Positions 1 to 10,510 of a stretch of DNA of 64,000 nt are shown here, piece by piece. A model generated the notes under the pieces. It was given only the letters and a program-made list of their open reading frames with translations. It was not told the origin of the DNA and searched no databases. Both the position numbers and the translations under genes were made by a program. How positions within the stretch are numbered: position 1 is the first letter of the stretch; every line of letters begins with the position of its first letter. Source of the DNA: an uncultured Bacteroidota bacterium (GTDB lineage: Bacteria > Bacteroidota > Bacteroidia > Bacteroidales > UBA12481); contig OW818688.1 in assembly GCA_942493265.1 (NCBI GenBank), forward strand, positions 5,266,625 through 5,330,624. Direction: 5' to 3'.

Positions 1-150
1 ACATTTCAACCTCACAACCGCAAAAGAAAGAACAAACACGGCTTTCGCGAAAGAATGGCAACTGTTGGCGGACGCGCTGTATTAGCAAACCGTCGTGCAC
101 GTGGACGCAAGAAACTGACCGTATCTGACGAACCCAGACATAAGGTATAA
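1..150 (+). CDS. rpmH: 50S ribosomal protein L34 (5' end cut off by the window edge)
   Basis: Frame 1 translates to [49 protein letters not shown], the L34 signature with the Bacteroidota-type C-terminal tail. Too short for the ORF track. Confidence 0.95.
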   Translation, partial: TFQPHNRKRKNKHGFRERMATVGGRAVLANRRARGRKKLTVSDEPRHKV

Positions 151-174
151 GGATTATTTCCTGAATGATTATAT

Positions 175-201
175 ATCCCCGCCCACCAGCGGGGATTTTT
201 T
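175..201 (+). terminator. Intrinsic terminator after rpmH
   Basis: ATCCCCGC-CCACCA-GCGGGGAT followed by a T run. Confidence 0.8.
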
Positions 202-1960
202 ATTTTGTGCGGTACACCCGGAACCAGGCACTCTCGATATTCACAGGTTTTGCCAATGAATCAAGCAATTGCAGATAAAGATAATCCGGCGATGAGCTGC
301 TGACCGGCATCTTTTCCGTTGTTATCCATTTAATATTCAATTTCTCCACGAGTATTATCAGATCTTTCCCTGCCAGGGCATTGCGCACGGATTCATTAAC
401 CTGCCGCTCATTCCCCACGAATTCAGCAGCCTGCATCCAATCCACCGGAAAAGGATTTCTGCTCCCGAGCAAAGGATAAATCAAAGCATTGTTGGGCCAA
501 ACAGCAAACCTCCCGGCCGGCGATCCGAAATCAGTATAGATCTTCTTAATCTCGCCGAGGTATTCATACATAGGATTGGAGAGCTTTACACCAGCCAGTT
601 CGGGGAAAATTTCTCCACCATCATACGTGAGCTCTCTGGCAGGAAAATCACGATAATTCACCCGCGGCTGAACCACCAGTGACAGAATGAAAAGTGACGA
701 AACCAGCAATGCTCCGAAAACCAGCTGGTAAGGCCGCACATTCCGGTATATCCGGTCGCGGAAATCCTTCACCTGCAGCAGAAGCGCAGTCCCGGCCAGC
801 AGTCCGGTAGCGAAAACAGGTGCATTATCACCAAGCGAAATGGCGCTTGTCCAGGAAACCAACAGTACCCAGAAAGTCGGCCGAACCCATCTGGGCAAAT
901 GATTTTCATGAATGTATACCAACAGAATATCCAGAATAAGAATCCAGAACAAAGCTAAGGAAACAGAAAAAAGCCAGTCGGGCTTTATGAAAACGGCGTA
1001 TATCAGAAAAATCTTCACTGAAAAGCTGACAATTTTCTGAATCATAATCAAAAGATCTATCCTGAAATGATCTGTCCCGGATTCCACATCCCACTTCTTA
1101 ACGAGGCCCGAAACCAATGCCAGCAGGAACAAAATCAACAGCGGAGATTGCCAGAAAGCTTGTGAGAACGTCACCACTCCGGTTTCCCATAATTCGGTGC
1201 GCCCGGTCATCTGCTGAATGAACTCTGGCCAGGATCCGGTAAAAGTCAATACACCGGAATATATCCATCCGGGTAATAAGCCAATCACAAGCGCAGGAAT
1301 AAGATTACGGAGAACCCGGCGCCAGGGCTGTGTGCTCTGCCCCAATTCCCAGACAATCATCCGGATCACCAGCAAAACGCCCGGCAATGCAAAAGTCTGC
1401 CGGCACAGCAGGGAAAAGGAAACTGCAAATAATATGAATATATGCCACTTGAAATGGCTGCCGGCCGGATTGACTTTCAGCCTGTACCAGGCATTCAATG
1501 CCAGACAGAACCAGAAAAGTCCGTCAATTGTGGTCCAGGGAAAAAGATTGTAATGGTTCTGGTTTAAAACGAACATCAAAATGATTGAGCCGGTGAGCAG
1601 CAAATAATAATAGCTTTTCTGTAATCCCCTGAACCAGGAACCCATCAACAAAAACGATATCATTATCGAGTAAATTAAATACTCGATCAACACCATCCAT
1701 CTTGATGATATTTCCAGTGGCAAGGGTGAAACAAAATGGATCAGGTTCATGACTGCAGAACCGGCTGGACGTATCGACAGAAAATCCCGATGGGGAATTT
1801 CGCCATTGAGGATCCGGTAGGATTGCGCAAGAATCACCCCGTCGTCGCTGGGATTAAACCCTTCAGTGGAAGGTATTCCCAGAATCGAATAGATCCCGGC
1901 AACAAACAGGATGATCAATACAACCAGAAGGGTAACGGGTTTATTCTGAAGTACTTTCAT
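200..1960 (-). CDS. Polytopic membrane protein, probable GT-C fold glycosyltransferase
   Basis: Many hydrophobic segments. First loop [27 protein letters not shown] resembles the acidic DE/DD loop of GT-C enzymes, followed by a soluble C-terminal domain. Start set at MKVLQ (1960). Confidence 0.6.
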   Translation of the reverse strand: MKVLQNKPVTLLVVLIILFVAGIYSILGIPSTEGFNPSDDGVILAQSYRILNGEIPHRDFLSIRPAGSAVMNLIHFVSPLPLEISSRWMVLIEYLIYSIMISFLLMGSWFRGLQKSYYYLLLTGSIILMFVLNQNHYNLFPWTTIDGLFWFCLALNAWYRLKVNPAGSHFKWHIFILFAVSFSLLCRQTFALPGVLLVIRMIVWELGQSTQPWRRVLRNLIPALVIGLLPGWIYSGVLTFTGSWPEFIQQMTGRTELWETGVVTFSQAFWQSPLLILFLLALVSGLVKKWDVESGTDHFRIDLLIMIQKIVSFSVKIFLIYAVFIKPDWLFSVSLALFWILILDILLVYIHENHLPRWVRPTFWVLLVSWTSAISLGDNAPVFATGLLAGTALLLQVKDFRDRIYRNVRPYQLVFGALLVSSLFILSLVVQPRVNYRDFPARELTYDGGEIFPELAGVKLSNPMYEYLGEIKKIYTDFGSPAGRFAVWPNNALIYPLLGSRNPFPVDWMQAAEFVGNERQVNESVRNALAGKDLIILVEKLNIKWITTEKMPVSSSSPDYLYLQLLDSLAKPVNIESAWFRVYRTK

Positions 1961-3530
1961 GATAATCCTCCTCTGTATTAACCGCCCATATCGCATCCTT
2001 TTCCGGTATCCCGGCAACAATAAGATCAACCGCAGTCATGGCGGTCAGCATACTATGGTCCTGATTATTGTAACGATGCATCCCGTTGCGGCCCAATAAA
2101 AAAAGATTTTGAAATGAATCCGTATAATTTCGGATACTGGTAAACTGATCGTATGTGCCAAAATAAGCCGGGTAGGTTTTAGGCATCCTGACTACGGTAC
2201 CATCAAGAAAATCATCCGGCGAGCAAAATCCGATTTTTTTTAATTCTGCAATCCCCTTCTCCATCAGTTCCTGATCCGTTGCACACCAAAGAGCATCTCC
2301 TTCCTGACAGAAATATTCCAGTCCCAGCCAAACAGTATCCGGTTTATTTACCATATACGGGCTCCAGTTATTGAAAACCTGGATGCGCCCGACTTTCACA
2401 TCCGATTCCTGTATATAGATCCAGTTATCCGGAACGCGCTTATCTTCAATACAATCATCCCCACACACAATCATTTTGGAGTAAAGCAATCCAAGCGTGA
2501 TAAAATCCCGGTACCGAAGGCCGTCAGCCACTGCCTGCACAGGTTCCGGAACTTCCGGTCCCATTCCTTTGATGAGGTCCTTTACCGGCATGGTTGAAAA
2601 AACATAATCAGCCTGAATCAAAGTTTCCCCACCGGTCTCCTGATTGACGTACCGAACCCCGGTAACCCGTCCCTCTGCCCAATCAATTCCGGAAACAGTG
2701 CAATTATGCCGGATAGTCCCTCCCAGGGCACGCACTTTCAGTGCAACCTCCTGCCACAGCTGACCCGGACCGAGTTTTGGATAGAGGAATTTTTCGATCA
2801 GGCTGGTTTCTGTTCCTTTCTGGCCAATATTGCTGTCCTTTGGAAAGATCGACTTCAATGCATGCCAGAGCGCTTTCGACACCGAAAGTCCCTTGATTCG
2901 CTGGGCTCCCCACTCCGGCTTGATTTCCTTGCACGGAACACCCCATACTTTTTCGGTATAATCTTTAAAAAAGGTCAGATATAGTTCTTTGCCAAAGCGG
3001 TTTATAAAGAAATCCTCGAGGCTCCTTTCGGGATTCACCGGTTTGATCCGGGCAAAAAAATAGGACCACCCGATGGCGACAATTCTTTTGAGACCGAGGT
3101 TACGGATGGTATTAAAATCCAGACGGATGGGATAGGAATAAAATCTCCGGCCATAGTAAATTCTCGACAGCCGGTTCCTGATCAGCATAACCTTATCTGA
3201 ATTCACCGATTCTTTGGACAATTGTCCGGCAGAGATCGTTTTTTTCCTGGTCTGATAAGTGATTGTCAGATCCTTACCCTCCTCCCCGTCTGATTCAACC
3301 GGCAGCATGTTCAACCACCAGTTCATGACCCGGTCGGATTTTGAAAAAAAACGGTGACCGCCGATATCCATCCGGTTACCCTTATATTCCACGGTCTGGG
3401 AGATTCCTCCAATCTGGCCGGTTGCCTCCAGAATCATGCATTCAACATCCGAACGGGTTAGCAGCTCATAGGCTGCAGTTAACCCGGCCGGACCGGCCCC
3501 GATTATTATGGCTTTCTTTTTTTGTGTCAT
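1941..3530 (-). CDS. FAD-dependent oxidoreductase (HemY/UDP-galactopyranose-mutase-like family)
   Basis: N-terminal GAGPAG dinucleotide-binding motif, [10 protein letters not shown] and C-terminal [12 protein letters not shown]. Start set at MTQKKK (3530), downstream of a TATCTTTG box. Confidence 0.8.
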   Translation of the reverse strand: MTQKKKAIIIGAGPAGLTAAYELLTRSDVECMILEATGQIGGISQTVEYKGNRMDIGGHRFFSKSDRVMNWWLNMLPVESDGEEGKDLTITYQTRKKTISAGQLSKESVNSDKVMLIRNRLSRIYYGRRFYSYPIRLDFNTIRNLGLKRIVAIGWSYFFARIKPVNPERSLEDFFINRFGKELYLTFFKDYTEKVWGVPCKEIKPEWGAQRIKGLSVSKALWHALKSIFPKDSNIGQKGTETSLIEKFLYPKLGPGQLWQEVALKVRALGGTIRHNCTVSGIDWAEGRVTGVRYVNQETGGETLIQADYVFSTMPVKDLIKGMGPEVPEPVQAVADGLRYRDFITLGLLYSKMIVCGDDCIEDKRVPDNWIYIQESDVKVGRIQVFNNWSPYMVNKPDTVWLGLEYFCQEGDALWCATDQELMEKGIAELKKIGFCSPDDFLDGTVVRMPKTYPAYFGTYDQFTSIRNYTDSFQNLFLLGRNGMHRYNNQDHSMLTAMTAVDLIVAGIPEKDAIWAVNTEEDYHESTSE

Positions 3531-3553
3531 GGTTGAATGCGAACAAATATCGA

Positions 3554-3561
3554 CAAAGATA
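3554..3561 (-). promoter_or_regulatory. Bacteroidota -7 promoter box (TATCTTTG) for the oxidoreductase/GT-C pair
   Basis: Matches TAnnTTTG about 25 bp upstream of the start. Confidence 0.65.
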
Positions 3562-3588
3562 GCGGGTCGCCCAAATGGCATTTTGTCG

Positions 3589-3596
3589 TACCTTTG
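3589..3596 (+). promoter_or_regulatory. Bacteroidota -7 promoter box (TACCTTTG) for mqnE
   Basis: Matches TAnnTTTG about 30 bp upstream of ATG 3625. Confidence 0.65.
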
Positions 3597-3624
3597 TGCA
3601 CCGCAAAATTTAATAAAATCCAGC

Positions 3625-4722
3625 ATGACCGGGGTACAGGATGATCGTTTAAAGAAAATAGAAGAATCTGTCAATGAGGGCAATCGCATCAGTCCTGAAG
3701 ATGGATTATACCTTTATGAAAATGGAGGTCTTGGTTATCTGTCAAAACTGGCCTGCACGGTTAAAGAAAGAAAAAGTGGCAAGCAGGTATATTTTAACCG
3801 CAACTTTCATATCGAGCCCACCAATATCTGCATTCACAACTGCCGGTTCTGTTCCTATTCCAGAAAAGTGAATCAGGAGGGATCCTGGGAAATGAGTCTG
3901 GAGGATATCCTGGCGGAGATCAATCAATTCCGGGATCATTCGGCCACCGAAGTACATATTGTCGGAGGGGTGCATCCTCAGCGCGGACTTGATTATTACG
4001 AAAACATGCTCAGGCAGATCAGGATGGCAAACCCGGAACTTTTCATTAAGGCCTTTACCGCCGTTGAACTTGATTTCATGTTCAGTAAAAGCAAGGTTTC
4101 GGTAGAGGAAGGTTTGACCCGACTGAAAGCTGCCGGATTGGATTCCATCCCCGGCGGCGGGGCGGAGATATTTGATGAGGAGCTCAGGAGCACGATCTGC
4201 CCCGACAAAACCGGATCGACTGATTGGCTGGCCATTCATGAATGTGCCCATCGGACCGGAATTCCCACCAATGCCACCATGCTATACGGGCATCTTGAAA
4301 AATACGCACACCGGATCGACCATATGAACCGGTTGAGAATGCTCCAGGACAAGACCGGCGGGTTCCAGGTTTTCATCCCCCTGAAATACCGGAAAGCAAA
4401 CAATTCCCTGGGAATCATTGGGGAAGTCACCACAATCGAGGACCTCAGGAATTACGCGGTCAGCCGGATTTTCCTGGATAATTTTCCGCACATGAAAGCA
4501 TATTGGCCGATGATCGGCAGGGAGATAGCGGGGTTATCCCTCTCTTTTGGCGTAGATGACCTGGATGGTACGATTGAGGATACCACCCGGATTTATTCTA
4601 TGGCAGGAGCCGAGGACCAGAATCCGGCGATGTCCACCGAAGCGCTGGCAGCCCTCATCAGGAGCAGCGGACTCGAGCCCGTTGAGCGCGATACCCTGTA
4701 CAACACCCTGAAAATCTATTAA
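3625..4722 (+). CDS. mqnE: Aminofutalosine synthase MqnE (CofH/MqnC/MqnE radical SAM family)
   Basis: CxxxCxxC (CIHNCRFC), [22 protein letters not shown] and GVDDLDGTI motifs. Confidence 0.8.
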   Translation: MTGVQDDRLKKIEESVNEGNRISPEDGLYLYENGGLGYLSKLACTVKERKSGKQVYFNRNFHIEPTNICIHNCRFCSYSRKVNQEGSWEMSLEDILAEINQFRDHSATEVHIVGGVHPQRGLDYYENMLRQIRMANPELFIKAFTAVELDFMFSKSKVSVEEGLTRLKAAGLDSIPGGGAEIFDEELRSTICPDKTGSTDWLAIHECAHRTGIPTNATMLYGHLEKYAHRIDHMNRLRMLQDKTGGFQVFIPLKYRKANNSLGIIGEVTTIEDLRNYAVSRIFLDNFPHMKAYWPMIGREIAGLSLSFGVDDLDGTIEDTTRIYSMAGAEDQNPAMSTEALAALIRSSGLEPVERDTLYNTLKIY

Positions 4723-4742
4723 GTCAATCCATCATATAATTT

Positions 4743-4750
4743 TATCTTTG
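4743..4750 (+). promoter_or_regulatory. -7 promoter box (TATCTTTG) for the PASTA-T9SS-rluD-ddl operon
   Basis: TAnnTTTG 33 bp upstream of ATG 4783. Confidence 0.65.
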
Positions 4751-4782
4751 CCGAAACGTTGTTATTGCAGCTGTAATCAATT

Positions 4783-5625
4783 ATGAAGTCACCCGTTGTT
4801 CAATTCCTGCTTAGCCGGATATTTTGGAAAAATGTACTGATCGCCCTGGGGATCACGCTTGGTTTAATCCTGCTGGTCCAGATCAGCCTCTACTTTTATA
4901 CCGGTCATGGTAAAAAAATCCAGGTTCCCGATTTTACCGGCATGTCGTTGCAGCAGGTTGACCGTATTTGTGCGCAAAACAATATCGGGTGGGTGGTACA
5001 GGATTCATCCTACCTCGCAGAATCTCCGCGGGGAGCTGTACTGGACCAATATCCGGTACCGGGATCCGGGATCAAAAAGAACCGGAAAATATTTATCATC
5101 ACCAATTGCTGGTTCCCACAGATGATAAAGATGCCAAAGGCATTTGATATGCCTTACCGTCAGGCCGACAGGGTATTGTCAAGCGCAGGACTGCATATTT
5201 CCAGTGTGGAATACATTCCCCATCTGGCCCCGACCTACGTACTGGAACAAAAATTCAACGGCAGGGTTATCGCTGAAGGCACCGATATTGAAAAGGGATC
5301 AGGTATCACTCTGATTGTTGGCGCCGGGCTGAGTGAAGAGCGTGCTCCGGTTCCGTATTTATTGAATATCGGTAAAGAAACGGCGCGGATCATTGCTTTG
5401 AACAATTACTTCAACCTGGGTGCCGTGCGTTATGACTCAACGGTGACCACCCGCATGGACAGCTCCCTGGCCAAGATATACCGGCAATTTCCGGATGTCG
5501 GCAGCCAGGCTAGGATGGGGTTCTCCATAGATATCTGGCTCACAAGGGATTCTATAAAACTCATGCAGATGGATTCAATTTATACTCTGCAGGATACACT
5601 ATTAAATGACACAACTCAATTTTAA
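4783..5625 (+). CDS. PASTA domain-containing membrane protein
   Basis: N-terminal TM anchor, then repeats starting VPDFTG, MPKAFD and VPYLLN with V/L-x-x-Q-x-P motifs. Confidence 0.85.
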   Translation: MKSPVVQFLLSRIFWKNVLIALGITLGLILLVQISLYFYTGHGKKIQVPDFTGMSLQQVDRICAQNNIGWVVQDSSYLAESPRGAVLDQYPVPGSGIKKNRKIFIITNCWFPQMIKMPKAFDMPYRQADRVLSSAGLHISSVEYIPHLAPTYVLEQKFNGRVIAEGTDIEKGSGITLIVGAGLSEERAPVPYLLNIGKETARIIALNNYFNLGAVRYDSTVTTRMDSSLAKIYRQFPDVGSQARMGFSIDIWLTRDSIKLMQMDSIYTLQDTLLNDTTQF

Positions 5626-5635
5626 AATTGATTTC

Positions 5636-7504
5636 ATGAAGATCAGATATATTGTTTTTATCACCATCCTGCTCGCATTTGTTCAGGTGAACAATGCCCT
5701 GTCGCAGGAAAGGCTGGTATCCGTTGCCTCAAATCCGGTTCTGACGAACCTGAATCAGGCCGCCCGCTTTAAAACCGTGATGGCAGATACACTGCAATTA
5801 CCTGTGCTTGAAGATTTCAGCAGTGGCGCATCCTTTCCCGAAAGCATTCGCTGGAGCGATAATCAGGTATATATTAACCGCACTTTTGCCGTTAATCCGC
5901 CAACTTGCGGGGTAGCCACTTTTGATGCGATTGACTCCACCGGCGCCATATATCAGGAAGCAACCGTTCAGTCGTTTCTTGCCGATGCCCTGACATCACA
6001 GCCGGTCAATCTGTTTCTGCCGCTTGATACCACGATCTACCTGAGTTTTTATTATCAGCCTCAGGGCTGGGGTGATGCGCCCGAACCGGGAGATTCACTG
6101 GTTGTCGAATTTTATGCACCCGACAATAACCGCTGGTACCGTGTATGGAGCACACCGGGCAGCGCCTCGCAGGAATTCCGGATCGCCATGATAAACATTA
6201 CGGACTCCAGGTTCATTCAGAATGGATTCCGTTTCCGCTTTCGCAATTATGCATCCCTTTCACCTTCCTATGAGCCCAGTATGAAAGTGAATGCCGACCA
6301 ATGGAATCTCGACTATGTATATCTGAATAACGGCAGGCATTACAACGACACCATCATGCAGGACGCGGCACTGGTGCAACCGGTTGGTTCGCTGCTCCTC
6401 AATTACACCTCCATGCCCTGGGAACATTTCAGGGTAGCCGGAATATCTGCAGTGAGGGCAACCTTCGAAATCAACCTGAACAACCTCTCAGCCGAACGGC
6501 GGATATTTACTCCTAAATTCACTGTTTCGCCGGTATGGACTACTGGAACAGGGTTTGAGAAAACCCTACAGGCAGATGAGATTAAAGCATTCCAGGCGCT
6601 GAAGTATGATGCAACTTTCAATTATGGATTTGCCAGCAATGAAAGGGATTCGGCATTATATGAAGTGACGCTCGACATGAATCAGACTGTGCCAGACTGG
6701 ATACCAGGCAACGACAAAATCACTTCACAGCAGCTCTTTACTGATTTCTATTCGTATGATGACGGAACCGCTGAAGCCGGATACGGACTGGTCGGTGAAG
6801 GCTCACGAACGGCTAAACTGGCATATCGCTTTACCAATCTGAATGCCGGCGACTCCCTGTTTGCTGTTGATATGTATTTCAACCAAAGTTACGCCGATGC
6901 AGGTAAAAAGTATTTCCAGCTGGGCGTATGGGCCGACGACAATGGCAAGCCCGGAGAACTGCTTTATGCACAGGATGGAGGCGTACCCGAATATTCCGGC
7001 ATTAATGCATTTCAGCGCATCGTACTTGACACTGCCCGGGTAGTCACAGGGACTTATTACATCGGATGGATACAAACCACCGCAGATTTTTTAAATATCG
7101 GATTTGACCGTCAGAATAATCACGGGCAGGATATATTCTTCAGCCTCACCGGTTCCTGGCAATCATCATCCTTCGAAGGATCCCTCTTGATCAGGCCGGT
7201 TTTTGCCAACAAATCACGCAAATCCTCCGTTGATCCCTTTGATCTCTCCTCAGCCTTGAATAATCCCGTGAAGATTTATCCCAATCCGTCAAAGGACCAG
7301 ATCAGTATTGATTGCGGCGATCAGGCTGAGAAATTGAATATTACACTCACCAACATTAATGGAAGCCTCGTCCGGATGGTTCAGGAAACCGGACCTGTTT
7401 GCAAAATGACCGTTTCTGATATTCCAAATGGAATTTACTTCATCCAGGTACGGTCGGATTCCGGGATCAATACCCGGCAAAAGCTGATTATCATACATGA
7501 ATAA
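5636..7504 (+). CDS. T9SS-secreted protein of unknown function
   Basis: Signal peptide and C-terminal sorting domain (IYPNPSK...IPNGIYFIQV...QKLII). Confidence 0.8.
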   Translation: MKIRYIVFITILLAFVQVNNALSQERLVSVASNPVLTNLNQAARFKTVMADTLQLPVLEDFSSGASFPESIRWSDNQVYINRTFAVNPPTCGVATFDAIDSTGAIYQEATVQSFLADALTSQPVNLFLPLDTTIYLSFYYQPQGWGDAPEPGDSLVVEFYAPDNNRWYRVWSTPGSASQEFRIAMINITDSRFIQNGFRFRFRNYASLSPSYEPSMKVNADQWNLDYVYLNNGRHYNDTIMQDAALVQPVGSLLLNYTSMPWEHFRVAGISAVRATFEINLNNLSAERRIFTPKFTVSPVWTTGTGFEKTLQADEIKAFQALKYDATFNYGFASNERDSALYEVTLDMNQTVPDWIPGNDKITSQQLFTDFYSYDDGTAEAGYGLVGEGSRTAKLAYRFTNLNAGDSLFAVDMYFNQSYADAGKKYFQLGVWADDNGKPGELLYAQDGGVPEYSGINAFQRIVLDTARVVTGTYYIGWIQTTADFLNIGFDRQNNHGQDIFFSLTGSWQSSSFEGSLLIRPVFANKSRKSSVDPFDLSSALNNPVKIYPNPSKDQISIDCGDQAEKLNITLTNINGSLVRMVQETGPVCKMTVSDIPNGIYFIQVRSDSGINTRQKLIIIHE

Positions 7505-8546
7505 AATGTGGTTGCACCTCGATGAGCTGGAGGAGAAAAAAGAGCTCTTTGAACACTTCCGTTTTGTTGCAGATCCAGGACAAACGCTGTTACGAATTGA
7601 TAAATTCCTGATCGACAGGTTACAGGATACATCCCGCACCAAAATCAAGGATGCTGCTGATGCCGGTTGTATCATAGTAAACGACAAACCTGTAAAGGCG
7701 AATTATAAAGTTAAACCGGGTGATGTAATTGTTATCATGCTTACTTTCCCCCGGAAGGAATTCGTGCTTATTCCTGAGGATATTCCACTCGATGTTGTAT
7801 ATGAAGATGATACACTGCTGGTTGTAAATAAAAAGCCCGGCATGGTGGTACATCCCGCACATGGCAACTATACCGGAACCCTGATTCACGCTCTGGCACA
7901 CCGTTATAAGGCGCTTGAGATGTTTACCCAGGAAGATATCCGGGCCGGTCTCGTGCACCGTATTGATAAAGACACATCCGGATTGCTGGTGGTCGCAAAA
8001 ACCGAGAAAGCAAAGAGTTATCTGGGCAAGCAGTTCTACAATAAAACATCTCACCGGATATACCATGCGCTGGTCTGGGGCCGGCCAAAGGAGTCGGAAG
8101 GCACCATTGATGCAAACATTGGCAGAAATCCTAAAAACCGTCAGGTGATGGCCGTTTTTGCAGACGAAACCATGGGTAAAAGGGCGGTTACCCATTACCG
8201 GGTGCTGGAAGATCTCGGCTATATTTCCCTGATTGAATGCAAATTGGAAACAGGGCGCACCCATCAAATCAGGATACACATGAAATCCATCGGGCATCCT
8301 TTGTTTAACGACGCTGATTATGGCGGCAATATCATTCTGAAGGGAACAACTTATACCAAATACAAGCAATTCATTGAAAATTGCTTCAAGATCCTGCCCC
8401 GGCAAGCTCTCCATGCAAAGGAACTTGGCTTTACCCATCCCGAAACCAAGGAATGGATGCATTTCAATTCTGAGCTTCCTGACGACATGGCTGAGGTAAT
8501 CCGCAAATGGCGCGTATATCTGAGTGGCCGTACCCAGGAGCTTTGA
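7497..8546 (+). CDS. rluD: RluA/RluD-family 23S rRNA pseudouridine synthase
   Basis: N-terminal S4 domain, HRIDKDTSG catalytic Asp motif, GRTHQIR. Confidence 0.9.
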   Translation: MNKMWLHLDELEEKKELFEHFRFVADPGQTLLRIDKFLIDRLQDTSRTKIKDAADAGCIIVNDKPVKANYKVKPGDVIVIMLTFPRKEFVLIPEDIPLDVVYEDDTLLVVNKKPGMVVHPAHGNYTGTLIHALAHRYKALEMFTQEDIRAGLVHRIDKDTSGLLVVAKTEKAKSYLGKQFYNKTSHRIYHALVWGRPKESEGTIDANIGRNPKNRQVMAVFADETMGKRAVTHYRVLEDLGYISLIECKLETGRTHQIRIHMKSIGHPLFNDADYGGNIILKGTTYTKYKQFIENCFKILPRQALHAKELGFTHPETKEWMHFNSELPDDMAEVIRKWRVYLSGRTQEL

Positions 8547-8623
8547 TTCGCAAACGAAACAAATTGCCAAAAAATCCGTACATTAAGCCAGAGAATCAGT
8601 ACAAATCCTGAATTTCTAAATTA

Positions 8624-9613
8624 ATGAACTCCAGTCCTTTAAATATCGCAATTGTTGCCGGCGGAGATTCCGGGGAATACGAAATCTCCATTAAAAGCGC
8701 TAATAATATTTTACACAACCTCGATACCGGCAAATTCAATGCCCGCGTGGTTGTTATTTCACAGCAGGGCTGGAATGTTCATGATCTGGATGGTTCAACA
8801 TATCCCATTAACCGACATGATTTTACCTGGCAGCCAAATGGTTCGGTTAAGCATTTTGATGCAGTAATCAATTCCATTCATGGCACTCCGGGTGAAAATG
8901 GAATTCTTCCTGCATATTTCGAACTGATCGGCATGCCGTTCACCGGCTGCCGTTCTTTCAGCAGTGCCCTTACATTCAGCAAATTCCACTGCAACCAGTT
9001 CCTGAAGCAATGTGGCATCAATATCTCGCCATCCTTACTGATCAGAAAGGACCAGCCAATTGATGTTCAAAACATTATAGATACAATCGGAATACCCTGT
9101 TTTGTTAAACCCAACAACGGAGGCTCCAGTTGCGGAACCTCCAGGGTGAACCATTCAGGTGAAATCCTGCCTGCTCTCGAAAGGGCACTTACTGAAGACC
9201 GGGAAGCGATTATTGAAAAGCTACTGGTCGGTACTGAGGTGACCTGCGGTCTTTTTAAGACCGGATTTACGAGAGATGTCTTTCCGGTTACTGAGATCAT
9301 CAGTAAAAAGGAATTTTTCGACTATGAAGCCAAGTACACTCCCGGAATGTCGGACGAAATAACGCCTGCACGTATTTCCAAGGAGGTCGCTCGGTCGGTT
9401 CAGGACCTTTCATTATTGATTTATGATTTATTGGATTGCCGGGGAGTAGTGCGAATGGACTATATCCTGGTTGACAAAATCCCCTGGTTCCTTGAAGTGA
9501 ACACTGTTCCAGGTATGTCGCCGCACAGTATTGTCCCCAAACAGGCGTCAATTGCCGGCCTGAGTCTCAATGAACTTTTCAGCATCCTCATTCAGGATGC
9601 CTTGTCAGCTTAG
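8624..9613 (+). CDS. ddl: D-alanine--D-alanine ligase
   Basis: GGDSGEYEIS, HGTPGENG, KPNNGGSS, DYEAKY and EVNTVPG motifs. Confidence 0.95.
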   Translation: MNSSPLNIAIVAGGDSGEYEISIKSANNILHNLDTGKFNARVVVISQQGWNVHDLDGSTYPINRHDFTWQPNGSVKHFDAVINSIHGTPGENGILPAYFELIGMPFTGCRSFSSALTFSKFHCNQFLKQCGINISPSLLIRKDQPIDVQNIIDTIGIPCFVKPNNGGSSCGTSRVNHSGEILPALERALTEDREAIIEKLLVGTEVTCGLFKTGFTRDVFPVTEIISKKEFFDYEAKYTPGMSDEITPARISKEVARSVQDLSLLIYDLLDCRGVVRMDYILVDKIPWFLEVNTVPGMSPHSIVPKQASIAGLSLNELFSILIQDALSA

Positions 9614-9638
9614 CTCCAACCGCTAAAAAAAATTAACC

Positions 9639-10349
9639 ATGGTTAGAAAGATCGCCTTTCTGGCCCTGTTCCTGCTAGTAGGAGCAGTTTTCATGAATTC
9701 CTGTAAAAAGGAAGAATTATCCAGCAAAAAGGAGATACTCGCCTTCATTTTTGAAGCCAGCAAAAATGCACAGCTGGATCGGAATTATCTGGGTGAAATC
9801 GAAGGAACCAACGTCTCGGCCGAGGTTGCGTTTGGTGTAGATATCGCTCAGCTAATGCCAACGATAGAAATATCGCCAAGGGCTGTCCTTAGCCCTGCCT
9901 CCGGTACGGTGGTTGATTTTACGGGACCGGTAGTCTATACCGTGACCGCTGAAGATGGCACCACAAAAACCTTTACCACAATAGTCCAACCCGCCGCAGC
10001 ACCTTATATCGGACAATGGAGCGGAGGCCCGATCGATTTCGGAATGGGACTGATGAGGGTTAAGGCCGATATTACCGCGGATGGGCAGATTACGCTCGAA
10101 TTTAAAAAAATCCTGACCGGTGAAATTGAAACCAACTCAATCAAAGGTTATTTTGAGCCGATCAGCCGACAAAACACCGAAATCAAGGTTGTTCAAACAC
10201 ATCGTTGGGTCAATAATGCCTGGATCGATGAATCCTGCGACCGGACAATCATGTACAAAGTGAACACTCCGCAGAGTATAAGGCTGTATTACTGCCTTTG
10301 CTATCCGCGGACCGAATGGTGTTTTGAGATGAATCTGAGTCTGGAATAA
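9639..10349 (+). CDS. Lipoprotein with DUF5018/Ig-like domain
   Basis: Lipobox MNSC; SPRAVLSPASG...VVYTVTAEDG motif typical of DUF5018-like domains. Confidence 0.65.
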   Translation: MVRKIAFLALFLLVGAVFMNSCKKEELSSKKEILAFIFEASKNAQLDRNYLGEIEGTNVSAEVAFGVDIAQLMPTIEISPRAVLSPASGTVVDFTGPVVYTVTAEDGTTKTFTTIVQPAAAPYIGQWSGGPIDFGMGLMRVKADITADGQITLEFKKILTGEIETNSIKGYFEPISRQNTEIKVVQTHRWVNNAWIDESCDRTIMYKVNTPQSIRLYYCLCYPRTEWCFEMNLSLE

Positions 10350-10389
10350 CTGATAATCAAATATCAGTTACCATTTTACGATTTTTTCA

Positions 10390-10416
10390 GGGAGGCTTTC
10401 GGGGCCTCCCTTTTTT
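10390..10416 (+). terminator. Intrinsic terminator
   Basis: GGGAGGC-TTTCGGG-GCCTCCC-TTTTTT. Confidence 0.85.
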
Positions 10417-10510
10417 AAACGACTGCCGAAACATTTGCTAAATGCCGGCAACTTCCTTAATTTGTGCTGAAATTACCATCGGTCAAACCCATAACACTGT
10501 TTTAAGCGGA

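Noticed and set aside
3562-3576. GCGGGTCGCCCAAAT resembling a REP half
   Set aside because: Only a 9-10 bp match with no partner arm; compatible with chance.
7620-8570. 316-aa antisense ORF and the many other 60-250 aa overlapping ORFs in the track
   Set aside because: They are shadow frames of well-supported genes with no recognisable motifs or signals.
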